Shown piece after piece: positions 28,301 to 43,300 of a stretch of 64,000 bases of DNA. The number at the start of each line of letters is the position of its first letter. Position 1 is the first letter of the stretch. This stretch comes from Botryllus schlosseri (lineage: Eukaryota), in NCBI GenBank assembly GCA_051294905.1, contig CM119372.1, positions 23,872,001 through 23,936,000 of the forward strand, read 5' to 3'. The notes beneath the pieces were generated by a model. That model was given only the letters and a program-made list of their open reading frames with translations. It did not search any database and was not told the origin of the DNA. The position numbers and the translations under genes were made by a program.

Positions 28301-31300
28301 ACCAAATAATCAAGATATTTGGCAACTTTAAAAAATTGCATAAATTTTCAAAAAATACTCTATAATTTATGCTAATTCACGAAATAATTTGGGGCCCCCT
28401 CAGAGCTAGTATAGTGTATACGTAGGGACGTTGGAGGGTATATACGAAGACACGTAGGATTTATAACCGCTACATAATTCCGAGATAGATGCTGTTTTCG
28501 TATATCACCTTTTGAGTGAATACACACTCCTTTCGCCAAGAGCATACCTTACCCTCCCTGGCTTCCCCCACGTGCACTTCGCGTCACATTAGTTACTCCT
28601 AAAAATAAAGGGGCACTACGCTTGAGATATGATTTGGTCTCAAACTAAAGATAAAATTACGAAAAACGATTTGTCGGCACCTATTTTCTTCAGAAATCCA
28701 CCGTATTCGAAGTGCAACTAAAAGAGTAGTAAAAGAATACGCCATAGCACACACAGATATCTGTGATATCGAGGTAACTGGTCATCGCGTGACATCGTTT
28801 CTTAACTCTTTGAGAATTTTAGGCACAATTTTCGTCACTGTTACAGCTTCACGACGCGACCTCCTTCTTCTAACCCCAGTTCTTTAAATGCAGTACGTGG
28901 AAAACATAAGACACGTCACTCACTTTGCTTTCACATAATGCGACAGCATGGGCTGCCATTGCAACATACAACATTTAAATTCATGTAATATCATTCGTAG
29001 GCCTATTATTATCAACCCTACTGGCCGAGGCTCAGTTGTACGCTGCCGGTACCGTACAAATGCCCTCTTATCTGATGGGCAATTAATGTAATTGTAGATG
29101 CATATAGGACGAATGCTCACATTGCTCAACCCACAAGAATTATGTAACGAAAGTTGTGATTCATTATTCTTGATGTCAGATGATGGTAACTTTTGTAATG
29201 CATACGGCAATATGCATTGACCAGGAATGTCTTCGGTGATTATACGGATATAGGTTACAGTCAGAGTCCGTGCTGTTGCATCACCTGGAAGAAAAGTGAC
29301 TGACGCATAAGATATTTTCCACGTAATGCCTAACCTAAAAGAACAGGATTAAGTTGGACGTCGCGTCGAGAAACTATATACAACAGTGATAGGGTACATG
29401 ACAGAAAATTCCCAATGAAGCTTACAGAGATCTTGCGTGTGCTATGATGCACCGGAAAGAAATCTTTTAGCTGCAGTCAGAATACGGTGGCTGTCTAACG
29501 AAAATGGCTGCTGCAAAAAAAATCCCAATCTTATCTTTAACTTGAGACCACATCTATATTTAGAGTGCAGTGCTTTCAGAAAAGACCAACCAGATGAAAA
29601 TATTTATGTTCTATGTTTTGACTAGAAATGCATATATATGATGTATCAGTCATGGGACATGGGTCCGACGATCGCAGTATTTTCAAGAAATCGTAATTGC
29701 AATGTAGAACAATCGAAAAAATCAGAAATTATCGTAATCGTACTCGATTGTTTGACGGATCTAATCGATTGCTATGACATAAACTGTACATTTGTGATCA
29801 AAGTACAGTACTACGTTGTACGAAGCTACTGCCAGTATAAATGTCGGATTTGTTAATCCAGTTCGTAATTAATTACATCACAAGTATTTGCAACGATTTT
29901 CATAGGGTAACGAATTATCCACACGTATAGTCGGTAGAAATTCGATGTAGCTTTGTAATAGTACGACTGATAGCACCACCGCCGTGTCTTATGTCTGGTT
30001 GGCCATCAATAGAATACTAGGCCAACTCGTAAAGGGAGGCTCAATTCCAACCAGAGGAAGCGGAGTTATTGCCGTCGAAAAATTTGGATGTGAATAAAAT
30101 AGTATTTGCGGTGGGCACACCTATAATAAATAATTAAAGGTTAGGACAACCTAACACTTTCATGGGGTAAACAGAAAATTTTGAAATTTTAATTTGTTTA
30201 TTTTTATATAATAAATAGAAACTTTCTTCTCCTGTAGCAATGCGGCTACTGGCTGGAATGGAACCAAATTTGGTGTGCAGGCTTGAATTAGGTAACCTAA
30301 CAATTTTATCAAGTAGCCAGTACACTCCGAGAAAAAAAATCACTTTTGAACACACCTATCGTACAGTTTCTTGTTTGACTGTGTTTATTCATTTTACACA
30401 ATCCCATCATATTTCTAATGATTAATTGCAAATTAACCGCCAGTATTGGAAGGCAAATTTATTCCAATGCTTGTATGTGTAATTGTGTATAGCCCACTCG
30501 TCTGAATTTTGGTTCTGGGTTATCCGAGTTTTATTTCAGCCATCATGGATGAATATTGCTTCCAATGTCTGTCGCATCAAGATGTTGTGATAGTGAGGTC
30601 GTCGATATGCGATGGGGCGTTCAATTGCCCGGATCTCAGCGATGAGTGTCTTTGCTCTCCGCAAAGTCGACCGAAAATCTGCGAAAAAATGATATTGGGC
30701 GGTAAAATCTTTGGTATATAGACCTGGCGTGGTTTTTGAACTGTGGTCGATTCTATAGATAACGCAGTAAATGGAAACGAAAATCGACCGTATTGTCTGT
30801 CTGCAAACGGGACGTACACAGCAATAGACGCAGCTATTATTTGCCAGAATGAGTGGGTATATTACATTAATGAAAGCATACCGTATTCTGTGCTCTCGTC
30901 AGATACAATTGCAATGATCAACATGAATGATAGAGACGTGTACTCTTAACCAGATGTAGCAGATATATGATATCAATGTAAAATGATTACCCCATTAACA
31001 CGACATTTACAATTCTGATACGCGAGATTATTACTGGTACCGCAAATCGGTGGGGTGAGGACACTGTCTCCGGGTCAGTTATAGCAGCAAGCATCTAAGT
31101 CTCTCCCTGACTTTTAATATTAATAATCGCTGGCATTTTATATTTTCCTCCGCCCAAGACACAATGTGATACACAAGACAAAATGCGATGTATGGCTGAT
31201 AAGGCGATGCCGATACGACCAAGTTATGGTTTCTCAACCTGGCATTCAACTCGGGCACACACAAAGGGTTATTATTATTATTAATATACGCAAAAACAGT

Positions 31301-34300
31301 GGCGCTTACCTCCTCTCGGAGCCTTTTGCGTCACGTCAATGCATTTGGTAAAGTTTAGTATCTTTTGCTTTGAGTATTGAGGACGACTTTCCATGCTCGC
31401 GCCCTCCCACGCTTTCATTCACTCTCGATTTTCTTGCGTCCAATGTCGGATCTCTCTGCTGCCGACTTTGGAGCTCGGCTCACTCTTCCTCCGGGCTTTT
31501 CAAGATGTTCCGTTAACAGCGGGATCGGCGATGAGGAGCTCTCCGACATATAGAAACGTGGCAGAGCCGAGACTAGAACCAGCAACCATTAGTGTCGCTT
31601 TGCACACGGTGCCACTCGCTTCACCAGCACATAGCGTTGCTCATACGTTGGCAAAGAACAAGACTTTTCGTAATTATAATACGTATATGCGATGTTTTGT
31701 TACAGAACAGATTGCATAAATAATGAGGATGCGGCGAGCTACAAAAGTGGCTGTGGTAAGCTTGGTTCTGCCTGCTTATAGGAACACTGATATTAATAGA
31801 TTATCTTGTCGAGAGCACTCAAATTGTCTAATAGGCTAACTCGGGCTGGGTAAGCTTTTTTGTCGGCAGGTCACGCTTACGTATTCGTTCACAGTCAAGT
31901 GTCCGTGTTGGGATCATGCCACTATAGTAGTATACCTTTGAGTCAGAAGTCATATGGAGTCGTTGCACATTTTGACTCGCGAGTCAAATCAAGCCACTCA
32001 ATATGACCAATAATAAGATATTGTTTGCTTTCCCACCATATTTAACGCCCACTTGCAGACAGGGCTGTGGAGTCGGAGTCGGAGTCGGAGTCTGGGTAAT
32101 TTTCGCTTGATGGAGTCGGAGTCGGAGTCGGAGTCGGAGTCGTGAAAACAATAATAGCTGGAGTCGGAGTCGGAGTCGTGGGGAAAATACTGACTGGAGT
32201 CGGAGTCGGAGTTTGTGAGAATGACCCTGACTTCGACTCCGACTCCGACTCCAACTTCTGTATCATGAAAACATTTGCTTTCAAAGAATTTTCAATAGAA
32301 TTTTTATGTACCACCAATCACTGTTATTGATAACCATACAGATCAGGTGCGGCCAGCCCGTGGCACGCAGGCCAAATTTGGCACAACAGAAGGTTAGGTG
32401 TTGCCTGCGAGTTAATTCTCGAAAGTATTTATGACATCAGGTACAATTGCAAGGCCAACCAAAATTTGATTAGCATGACCGCGATATTTGATGACTAAAA
32501 CAACAGTTCTGACGCAATGACGTATCCAGGGGCCAGCCACATTTATCCCAGATCTTCGTATATGACCATAAAGTAGAATATTTCATAGCAGATTTATTGA
32601 ACTTGAAATTTTTCTCGGTACTTCGCATGATTCATTGTCACTAGATTTCTTGCATTCAGTATTTGAGCCCCCTTCTGAAAATTATAAATAGGCTACATAT
32701 TATTCACAGAATTGAGTCAACTATATTCGCAATTAGGAGATAACGTGTCGTCCAACATGCAGCTTCGCTTGTGTACTCGCAGCGAGATCGTCGACAAAAC
32801 ATTTGCACAAAATGATAGAGGCATGTTAACTGATTTTGCTATGTCTAAACGTCGAATAATCCTGTGGTATCCTGTGGTATACAGATGCGACCCACAATGT
32901 ATGTTAGCAACATATTTATTGATATAATTCAGTCATTATCTTGCAAAAAATTTTAGCGCTTCGCGCGACCAGGGCCTGATTGCGCACTGCACAGTTGCAT
33001 CACATATTGTTATCAATTTTAGAGCGTAATAATATAAGTCTTGTTTGCAATGTTACCTAATTCGGTTCGCTCCTATCGGACGACTAAAAAAAGGTTATCA
33101 ACATTCCACTGGCCCGTGCAATGGTTCGTAAATCTCATGTGTCCCTTTGGCCGAAAAAGTTGCCCACCCCTGCCCGAAATAGATAAATTAGACAATACTT
33201 GCAAATACTTACACAGGGGAAGAAATTCGCAATATGCGTTTTCGCGATGCAGTCAAAATTGATGCAATTCTTAGAATTATACCATGATACTGTGACAGAG
33301 CAAATGCATCGGCTGGTTTTGTAAAATTGTAAAAATGATGTAAATATGACCAAACGATGCTTCCCATTTGACAAAATTAAAACTATTTGTAGTGTAGCTT
33401 AGCTGTTTGGGTCGAACAAATGATTAAGAAAGACTGCAAGTCCCAATCCTTGAATACTTGATTAAGTAGGCCTACATGTAGACTAGACATAGGCTATGGT
33501 CTTTGACTACTTAACTAAATTCCATTTATGACCAATGCCTGTTAGTTGTAAGAGTGCGTGTGCTTGTAATCAGGCAGTGTTGGGATGACTCGAGTCATGA
33601 CTTGACTCGAGTCAGACTCGAGTCACCTTTTACGTATGACTTGACTTGACTCGAGTCACTTTGCTAAAATGACTTGACTTGACTTGACTCGGCGGATAAA
33701 AAATGCGGATTGACTCGTGACTCGGAGCAAAATTCACGAGTCAATTTCAAGTCATCAAGTAATCGGTGTCGATAAAAATCACCATATCTTGCAAATGGTC
33801 GGATTGTTCACGAAACGCTGGTGTGATCCATAAGAGAGACCAATCATTCTGCGATCGTGCGTGTTACTGAGCCTCCATTGCCTATCACAAATAAATTGAC
33901 AGCAAATGAAGTGATCGAAGCTTACAGCTTACGTTCGTCGTAAACTATAGTTTAGTAAATTAATTTGATAGCAAAATTCTATTTCTGTTCTCTGTTCTTA
34001 CCTGGACCAAACCTTTTGTTTTATTGAAATTGAATTCGAATATAGTTAGTTTATATAGTCATCTGCCATTGGCGCTGGCTCGAATTGTATCACATCAATT
34101 TGCAAATGGGTAATGGATTGTATCTTATCACTTCATATCTCTATTCTCTATTTTGGCTGGTAACTATAGACTGAGGCTATGAAATTAATTACGTAGTTTA
34201 TCAGTTCTACGTATATGTGAGCGATACAGCGCCTTCGTGCATATGTATTTAACTTTATATTCGTTCTACGGTTCGGAATCGATGATCACTCAATCTGTAT

Positions 34301-37300
34301 TTCAGACAGCTAGCAAAATGCAATGACGTAACCATGCCTCATACTTAGAAAAGCTACTTGACTTGAATTGTGACTTGACTCGTGACTTGACTTGACTTGA
34401 CTCGACTTGACTCGAGTCACCTCCAAAAATCGAGTGACTTGACTTGACTCGAGTCACCTTCGAAAATCGATTGACTTGACTTGACTCGAGTCAAAATGTG
34501 CAATGACTCGAAATGACTCGTGACTCGAAGGTAGTGACTTGATCCCAACACTGTAATCAGGATAGTGTGCAATGACAAAACGAGTAAGTTCAATCTCTTT
34601 ATTAGTTGCTGACTCATACACAAGAGCTACACTTGGATTTCTAATCTATATTTTTATTATACAGGATTGGATATCTTCCATATTTGAATGATTCATACAT
34701 TTCAGGATATTACAGAGGCCATGTTATAAAAACTTGAAAAAGGAAGGATATTTAGAAAATCTATCTTTCATGTTAATTGCATAGTGGATAATTCGAGCTG
34801 TGCCACAATGAAACAATTTAGCATGCAACGTTAATCATATGTTCGCATATGTTTAATGGTTGTATGATAGTTATTCAACCGACAATGAGGCATGTAATTT
34901 TCGAAGTAAATTGGTAATAATGCTGGAGTCGGAGTCGGGAGTCGGAGTCGGAGTCGGTACGTTTAAAGACCCAGGAGTCGGAGTCGGAGTCGGAGTCGGT
35001 ACGTTTAAAGACTCAGGAGTCGGAGTCGGAGTCGGTATATTGAAAATGTGTGGAGTCGGAGTCGGAGCCGGAGTGTGTGGTAAAATTCACCGACTCCACA
35101 GCCCTGCTTGCAGAGTATAATTTCATGTATCACACGGGCATCCGGAGCTCCGATCCTTCATCAGGTGTGACATGTGACCCAAAGTTAGCTATGTGATCCC
35201 AAAATTGGAATGTTAATGTGAATGAATAAAAGCCAAGTCAAGTCAGGACGCATTTTCGAAGTACATGGCATGATTCAAGTCATTGCATTTTATAAGACGA
35301 CTGAAGTAGAGATTGGGTCGCTATTAATTGTAAATCGAGTAATGAATATAGAGTTCATTATGCATTCAATGATGCGTATTATGGCTCACATATATGTAGA
35401 ACTACGTCGTTACCTGTATGGCCTCTCAGCAATCATCAGCCAAATAGTCTTGAAAATTTGAAATAGAGGGTCGAATATGAAAGCTCAAATGAAACTAATT
35501 TGTATGATGCAATACGCAATCAAATTTATGTGCGACATAACGACGGAAGCTCAGTAAAGCCAGGCTGCGCAATCGTTGAATGGTGGGTTGCTCACACTGT
35601 TCAGATCAAAGAGTCGGGTACATATGTACGACTCTAAGTACAGGTACAGTGATTTAGTCGAAACCGATTATTCTTGTATGACTTGAAATTGACTCGAAAA
35701 TTTTCACGAGAAACGGGTCAATCCACATTTCTGAAGTGCCGAGTCAAGTCAAGCCATTTCTGCAAAATAACTCGTGATGTCTCGTCAAGTCATCTGAAAA
35801 CGTAGACTCGAGTCGACCGAACACTGTCGCATTCAAATGTCCTAGCGGGTCACAAAAATTATTGAGATGGTCAGTATGACGAAATACTTCTGCTTTGCAA
35901 AGTATTCAATTATAGCTTGCTAAAGTAGTCAAATTATAAGTTCTCAACTGTTTCAATAGTTTTTGTCGCCAAACTATACATGGGCCTACTTTTCACATGG
36001 CATATACTTATTCACACATACATCCTTGCTTTTTACACGTGGCCGAGTAGATAGTATAATATTTGAAAAGACTTACATCATTTTATGAGTCGAAACAATG
36101 GATATAATCGATATAATGTATTGTGTATGGTATATTTATATCGCGAATAGCCATATTCACTGATCAAATGGTTCCTATTCCGGGTCTAGTTTATATGTCC
36201 TGAAAGATCGTTTTCGTTAATATTCTTAAACGCTGATGGGATTCATCGCTAACCAAGAGTCGCGGCATATCGTCGTCCTTGATCTTTTCCTCACTTCGTC
36301 TGCTTTTCAGGATCGACTTCTACGAATGACCTTCCCACAAAATCGAAGGACTTCATTTGCTTCAATGGCACCAGTACCATCAGTAAAATATAATTTCGAA
36401 TGAATCCAGAAATCCCTTTGCGTATCTAAGAGATCTTTCTGTTTGCAGATGCCACAGCCTGCGACGGGATACCGGAATGTTCGAACATTTTAAGCGAAGA
36501 ATGTGAATGTGAAACAAAGGCTGAATTCTGCAATTACTTCACCACATATAAAAACACAACAGGATATCCCGGGTGACTTTTCCGAACAATGAGCAATTGA
36601 ACAAACAAGAATCTATATATAGACCTTTACTAACAACTAAAAAGATGAATTCACAAATTAGTTAGTATACTGTGGATCAAGCTTAAATTGTGCGATCGCG
36701 TCAATTTATGTCAATATTATAACCGAGCCTGGCTTCGTGATACGTCTGAGACTTGTTTGTGGTTGAATGTGCTATAAGTAGGGTTGCATTTAGAACAAAA
36801 ATTAATTTAAAACAAACATCTTTAAAACATGGTCCTTGTTTAGAACATATTTTTTACTTTTTTTTCTAGTCATGACGTCACGAATATTTAATCGTGACGT
36901 CACAGTGGATTGACATTGATATTTGAAAATGCAGGATAAATATAACTCCTTCGACGAAAAGGGCTTCCGACCACTGTCTTAAACAGACCAAGAATATCTT
37001 TAACCATTACTGCAATGTTATGCAGCAATTTACGGTTGGCGGAAATCATCATCAGAACACCCAGTCCACACCAATTATATATATATATACTTCATATAAC
37101 TGTTAAAGCAACGACGATTTTGAGAGCCCCAGCCACTCCATATCTCATGCGCCGGCTATATTGGCTGCAAATCGTCCGTAGGCTCATACTAAATGTTTTT
37201 CGTAAGTATTTACACAATTATGGCATAGTTATGCAACGTTTGAAAAAAATTATTTTAAAGGCATTTGTTTGAAGCACTGTTTAAAACATGATTTAAACAA

Positions 37301-40300
37301 AGTGTTTTAGAACACCGTTCGTTTTAAATGCAACCCCAGCTGTCGGTAAATAAGGAATAGGCTACATCAGCACATACATATACAACGAAAATGAGTAGCG
37401 GAAAAAAGCCTGACCATTGATGATATTAAGGTATTACAGCACTAGGATTTTACAGTTACAGATATATGTCTTTCAGGGTTCGAATTTTGTGTTATAATGA
37501 CTATAACAAAATTAAAATTTCGCCAGAGTGAAATCTGTCTGTCCACGACATTAACGCGCTTAGCCAACGGAGAGGCTTTAGAATGCTTCGCATCCATTTT
37601 CTTGTAGATGCGTTCCCGTGAATGCAACAGTCGTAAACCTTGTCTCGTTAAACGAAATGTGCGATGGATTACAGTTTTGTGAGAACTTCGCAGACGAGCG
37701 GGGGTGCGTGAAAAAGTAAGATACCATATACAATACACTGTTATTGTTGATTTCTAATAGTGTGCACGCCGGTATCGATTCTCATCACGATCTTCTTCCA
37801 TTTTTTCAGTTTCTACTGCTCAGAAGACCCACTTCCGAACATCCCTTCACACTATCGCTGCAATCGACGAGATGTACGTGTACCGTAAATACAGGATGAT
37901 TTATTTGTTGGAACTATAGCAGCTCATATATTATTTTGAGATCTACCGTTTAGGATTGTCAAAATAAGGCCGATGAACGTAACTGCTCGCTATTTCGCTG
38001 CAATGACACAGGACTTCTGGAGTACATACACGAGGATGCAGTGAGATTGTTGACTCTTACCGTTTATTTATAATGTGAAATAACCCCAATATATAGAAGT
38101 CAGCTATTTATGCTAACTTCAGAAATAAGTTGCAGCGGCGAACAATTAGCACCTATTTTACATATTGCATAAATTTCACTGTTGTTTCGGTTGGTGAGAA
38201 ATTAGTAAAGGGAAGTTCTATCATTTCATGAGAGACACACTTTACAGGATATTAAGTTTAGCAATATAACCCCAGTTCCACTTTATCACAAAAAATCGTG
38301 TCTCTTGGTCACATGATGTCGATCGGACGAACACTACTTTACAGAAATGCCTTTTCCGTGAACACAGGTGCTTGACAAATGACACCTGTATAACTTGATC
38401 ATGGGGTAATATCGGTAGCAAGTATAGAAACCCGTTTTACACTCTGCTCAATATCAGCGTAGCAATACTCGAACGCCGAATATATTGTCCGGTCTGGCCT
38501 AGACTGTTAAGGCGTATTAAGCTAATATTTCCTTGCTGAAAAAGCGTTGGAGATATTGATTTTATGGGATTATTATATCATTTGATTGCCCCTGTTGATA
38601 CATTTGTTGACGTTGAAAAGGTCAGTACTCAGTATGTACTTCAATTGAGGCTGGAGTCGTCGCTAAGAGGTATATCGTGTATATTAATATATAACTTCAC
38701 TGAAATATAGGGTTGGAATTAGCAATATGACGTCACTTGACGTCATGTGGTTAACGTTCGCGTTCACACGAACCTGAACCTTTCAGAGGTTCACACAATC
38801 CCTATAAATTATGCTTCTGTCGTCTTCTCAAAAGAACGTGAAGAAGGCAAGATTAATACAGTAAGCCATTTGCTGAGGCGTAGTGCAATGCAAGGTAACA
38901 TGGTTATGACATTGTGAGCATCGTGTGTTCTGAACAGGGCTGTGGAGTCGGTAAATTTTACCACCGACTCCGGCTCCGACTCCGACTCCACACATTTTCA
39001 ATATACCGACTCCGACTCCTGAGTCTATAAACGTACCGACTCCGACTCCGACTCCGACTCCTGGGTCTTTAAACGTACCGACTCCGACTCCGACTCCCGA
39101 CTCCGACTCCAGCATTATTACCAATTTACTTCCAAAATTACATGCCTCATTGTCGGTTGAATAACTATCATACAACCATTAAACATATGCGAACATATGA
39201 TTAACGGTGGCATGCTAAATTGTTTCATTGTGGCGCAGCTCGAATTATCCACTATGCAATTAACATGAAAGAAAGATTTGCTAAATATCCTTCCTTTTTC
39301 AAGTTTTTATAACATGGACTAATATCCACTAATATCCTGAGATGTATGAATCATTCAAATATGGCAGATATCCAATCCTGTACAATAAAAATGTAGATAA
39401 AAATCCAAGTGTAGCTATTGTGTATGAGTCAGCAACTAATAAAAATATTGAACTTACTAATTTTGTCATTGCACACTATACTGATTACAAGCACGCACAC
39501 TCCTACTACTAATAGACATTGGTCATAAATGGAATTTAGTTAAGTAGTCAAAGACCATAGCCTATATGTCTAGTCTACATGTACTTAGTCAAGTATTCAA
39601 GGACTAAGACTTGTAGTCTTTTTTAATCATTTGTTCGACCCAAACAGCTAAGCTACACTACAAATATTTTTAATTTTGTCTAGTGGGAAGCATTTTACAT
39701 AACCAGCCGATGCATTTGCTCTGCAACAGTATCATGGTATAATTCCAAAAATTGCATCAATTTTGACTGCATCGCGAAAACGCATATTGCGATTTTCTTC
39801 CCCAGTGCAACTGAAATGCAATTTGCAAATAATGTCTAATTTTATCTATATCAGGGCAAATTTTTCGGCCAAAGGGACGCATGAGATTTACGAACCATTG
39901 CGCGGGCAACTGGAATGTTGATAACCTTTTTTTAGTCGTCCGATATCCTATAGAAGCGAACCGAATTAGGTGACATTGCAAACAAGACTTATATTAATAC
40001 GCTCTAAAATTGATAACAATGTGTCATGCAACTGTGCAGTGCGCAACAAGGCCCTGGTCGCGCGAAATGCGAAATTTTTTTGCAAGATAATGACTGAATT
40101 ATATCAATAAATATGTTGCTAATATACATTGGGGGTCGCATCTGTATACCACTGGGCTCATTTGGCAAGGACAGGATTATTAGACGTTTAGACATAGCAA
40201 AATCGACGGTATCAGTGAACATGCCTCTATTATTTTGTGCAAATGCTTTGTCGACGATCTCGCTGCGAATGCACAAGCGAATCCGCATGTTGGACGACAC

Positions 40301-43300
40301 GTTATTTCCTAATTGCGAATATAGTTAGACTCAATTCTGTGAATAATATGTATTTATAATTTTCAGAAGGGGGCTCAAATACTGAATGCAAGAAATCTAG
40401 TGACAATGAATCATGCGAAGTACCGAGAAAAATTTCAAGTCAAATAAATCCGCTATGAAATATTCTACTTTATGGTCATATACGAAGATCTGCGATAAAT
40501 GTGGCTGGCACCTGGATACGTCAATGCGTCAGAAATGTTGTTTTAGTCATCATCTAATTTCGCAGTCATGCTAATCAAATTTTGGTTGGCCTTGCAATTT
40601 TACCTGATGTCATAAATAATTTCGAGAATTACCTCGCAGGCCACACCTAGCCTTCTCGTGTGCCAAATTTGGCCTGTGTGCCACGGGCTGGTCGCACCTG
40701 ATCTCTATGGTTATTAATAGGGATGGTGTGAACGTGTGGTTCACGTTCGCGTTCTGTGTGTGAACCTCGGAAATTTGGAGGTTCGCGTTCACAACAGAAC
40801 CTTGGTAGGTTCTGCACTGTGAACTTTTTTCATATATTACAATTTTCACTTCATTATGATATCTTTGGTTCGAATTTTTTGCATTTTAACTGCGGGTCAC
40901 TCTATGTATAGAAAAATCAACACAAAGCGAGCATGCACCTTGACAATCCTAAAAATTTTACTTGCTTCGTTACAAAAGTTTGCTCGAAATATCCAGCTTT
41001 CCGTTTGTGAATATTTAGTGACTCTCTGCTGTGAACTTAACCCGCAATCACACAACATCAAGGGCAAAATACACTTCATGTAGTCAGCGAATGATGCTTA
41101 TTCAACCAATCAATGAGATTGATATCGTTTTTTGATCTAACAAACCTAGCAGGCGTACGGGTTCAATCTTGACTTCATATGTTAACTGTATCATTGAAAC
41201 CAAATCCGTGCGATTGAGGTATTGGCTACAGCTGTATAACTTGTGGGGTAGTCTAATATCGGTAGCAAAGTATGGAAACCTGTTTTACACTCTGCTCAAT
41301 ATCAATGCAGCAACACTCTGACGCCGAATACATTGTCCGGTATGGCCAAGACCGTTAAGGCGTAAGCTTATATTCCCTGGATAAGTCCTCGTCGAAATTG
41401 TTGGCAAAGCGACGGATAATATTGATTTTATGGGAGTATTGTATCATCTGATTGCCTATAGGTTGATACATTTAGCGACCTAAAACGCCAATATGTAGGC
41501 TACTTCAGGATTGTGGCATTATGTGGCCCGAGTCGTCGCTGGGTATCGTGCACATTAATATAGGCTATCACTTCATTGAAAGATAGGGTTGGAATTAGCA
41601 ATATGACGTCACGTTACGTCATGAGGTTCACGTTCGCGTTCACACAGAACCTTTCAAAAAGGTTCGCGTTCACACGAACCTGAACCTTTCAGAGGTTCAC
41701 ACCATCCCTAGTTATTAATAACAGTGATTGGTGGTACATAAAAATTCTATTGAAAATTCTTTGAAAGCAAATGTTTTCATGATACAGAAGTTGGAGTCGG
41801 AGTCGGAGTCGAAGTCAGGGCCATTCTCACAAACTCCGACTCCGACTCCAGTCAGTATTTTCCCCACGACTCCGACTCCAGCTATTATAGTTTTCACGAC
41901 TCCGACTCCGACTCCGACTCCATCAAGCGAAAATTACCCCGACTCCGACTCCGACTCCACCGACTCCGACTCCACCGACTCCGACTCCACAGCCCTGGTT
42001 CTGAAGCTAAACCACAAGCAGAATCAGCAATTCTATGAACCGCTCGCTGCTCACATATTCAAATTTCCATCCTGCTCTAAGAATCGTCACAGCCGACTTT
42101 GATCACTAATTTTAACACATTGGTTATTGAGGACTGTCAGCTCATAAATCTCGGTTATGCTTCTGATGCGCGTGTGTTGTCATCAAATCAATATTTGAAT
42201 TGTTATAAATATATGTATTATCTTAATGTCATCAGTTAGGCTACTTGTTATAATAGTATACTATATACATAATCTGAACAAGACACACACAATGTACAAT
42301 GCGATTTTATGAACAGATAGGAGGATGCCGAACGACCAGTTGCGGTTGTAGTTTCGGTCTCTTAAACTGGCATCCACCTCGGCCTAATGCCCGATGTCAC
42401 AGTTCCTTTTTCGATGTCTGTCTCTATTCCGCGGCTCTTTCTTGTGAGTGCGCCCTTTCGTCGGTTCTCTTTCCGGACTTTTTTGTCGCCGTAAGAATAG
42501 CTATGTGTGGGAAGAGGGGCCCAGAATGGCCTCCAAAGCTGAATCGAGCCCGGGTCGCCTGAGTGGTAGGCGCTTATCGTCACCACCACTACGCTATCTC
42601 CTCAACTAAAAGGTAGCGTATTGGCTAATGCATTCGCATGTTGAATGCGGCCCTCGAGCTAAAAAGTTTGCCCACACATGAACTAGATTGTATGTCTCAC
42701 TCGGTGGCAAGAAAGGATAGCACTCGTTTATGAAGTAATTATGGTTTCAGAGCGCGTATAATTTTCGTAGTCGAGAAAACCGACTTTCGCATCTCCACTT
42801 AACTCATAATATCAATATTCGATCCAGATTTTAACACCCGAAACATTATGAACAGCCGTATAGTCGTAGCGTATTTTTATTATACAGGTATGCGATGGTA
42901 TCCAGGATTGCAAATCTGGTTCCGATGAATGCCAACGTGGATGCATTAGAAGTGCATTTTCTGACGAAGATAATTTTATAACGGACAAGAGAATCTTTGC
43001 TATTGCTTGGATAATCAGTGAGTTGTTATTACGAAGGCTCATTTCGGAAAACGATAGATTTGTGTGATTTTTGCAACGCTCTTTCCTCGTCCATAACCAC
43101 AATTTGAAACAAATATGTTGTTCCCTATTAGATGGGGGCTGGCTAAATCATCAATTGTTAGTAAACGAAATAAGAACGACTTCCTCCAGCGGTTTTGTTT
43201 TCAGACGACGCCCACTTCTACTTAACATTTTTTCAGCAAAACCACATACTTTTAACACTTTGGATTATCTGAAGTAGAATGTAGTTTGGGTATAAGTTTG

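Noticed and set aside
31159..31267. Possible extra exon between the two LDLa2 exons
   Set aside because: The direct join of 30852 to 31706 already gives a complete LDLa module.
32042..42102. ORFs with (TP)n, (GV)n, (ES)n and (DS)n runs
   Set aside because: These are translations of the (GGAGTC)n subterminal repeats of the hAT elements.
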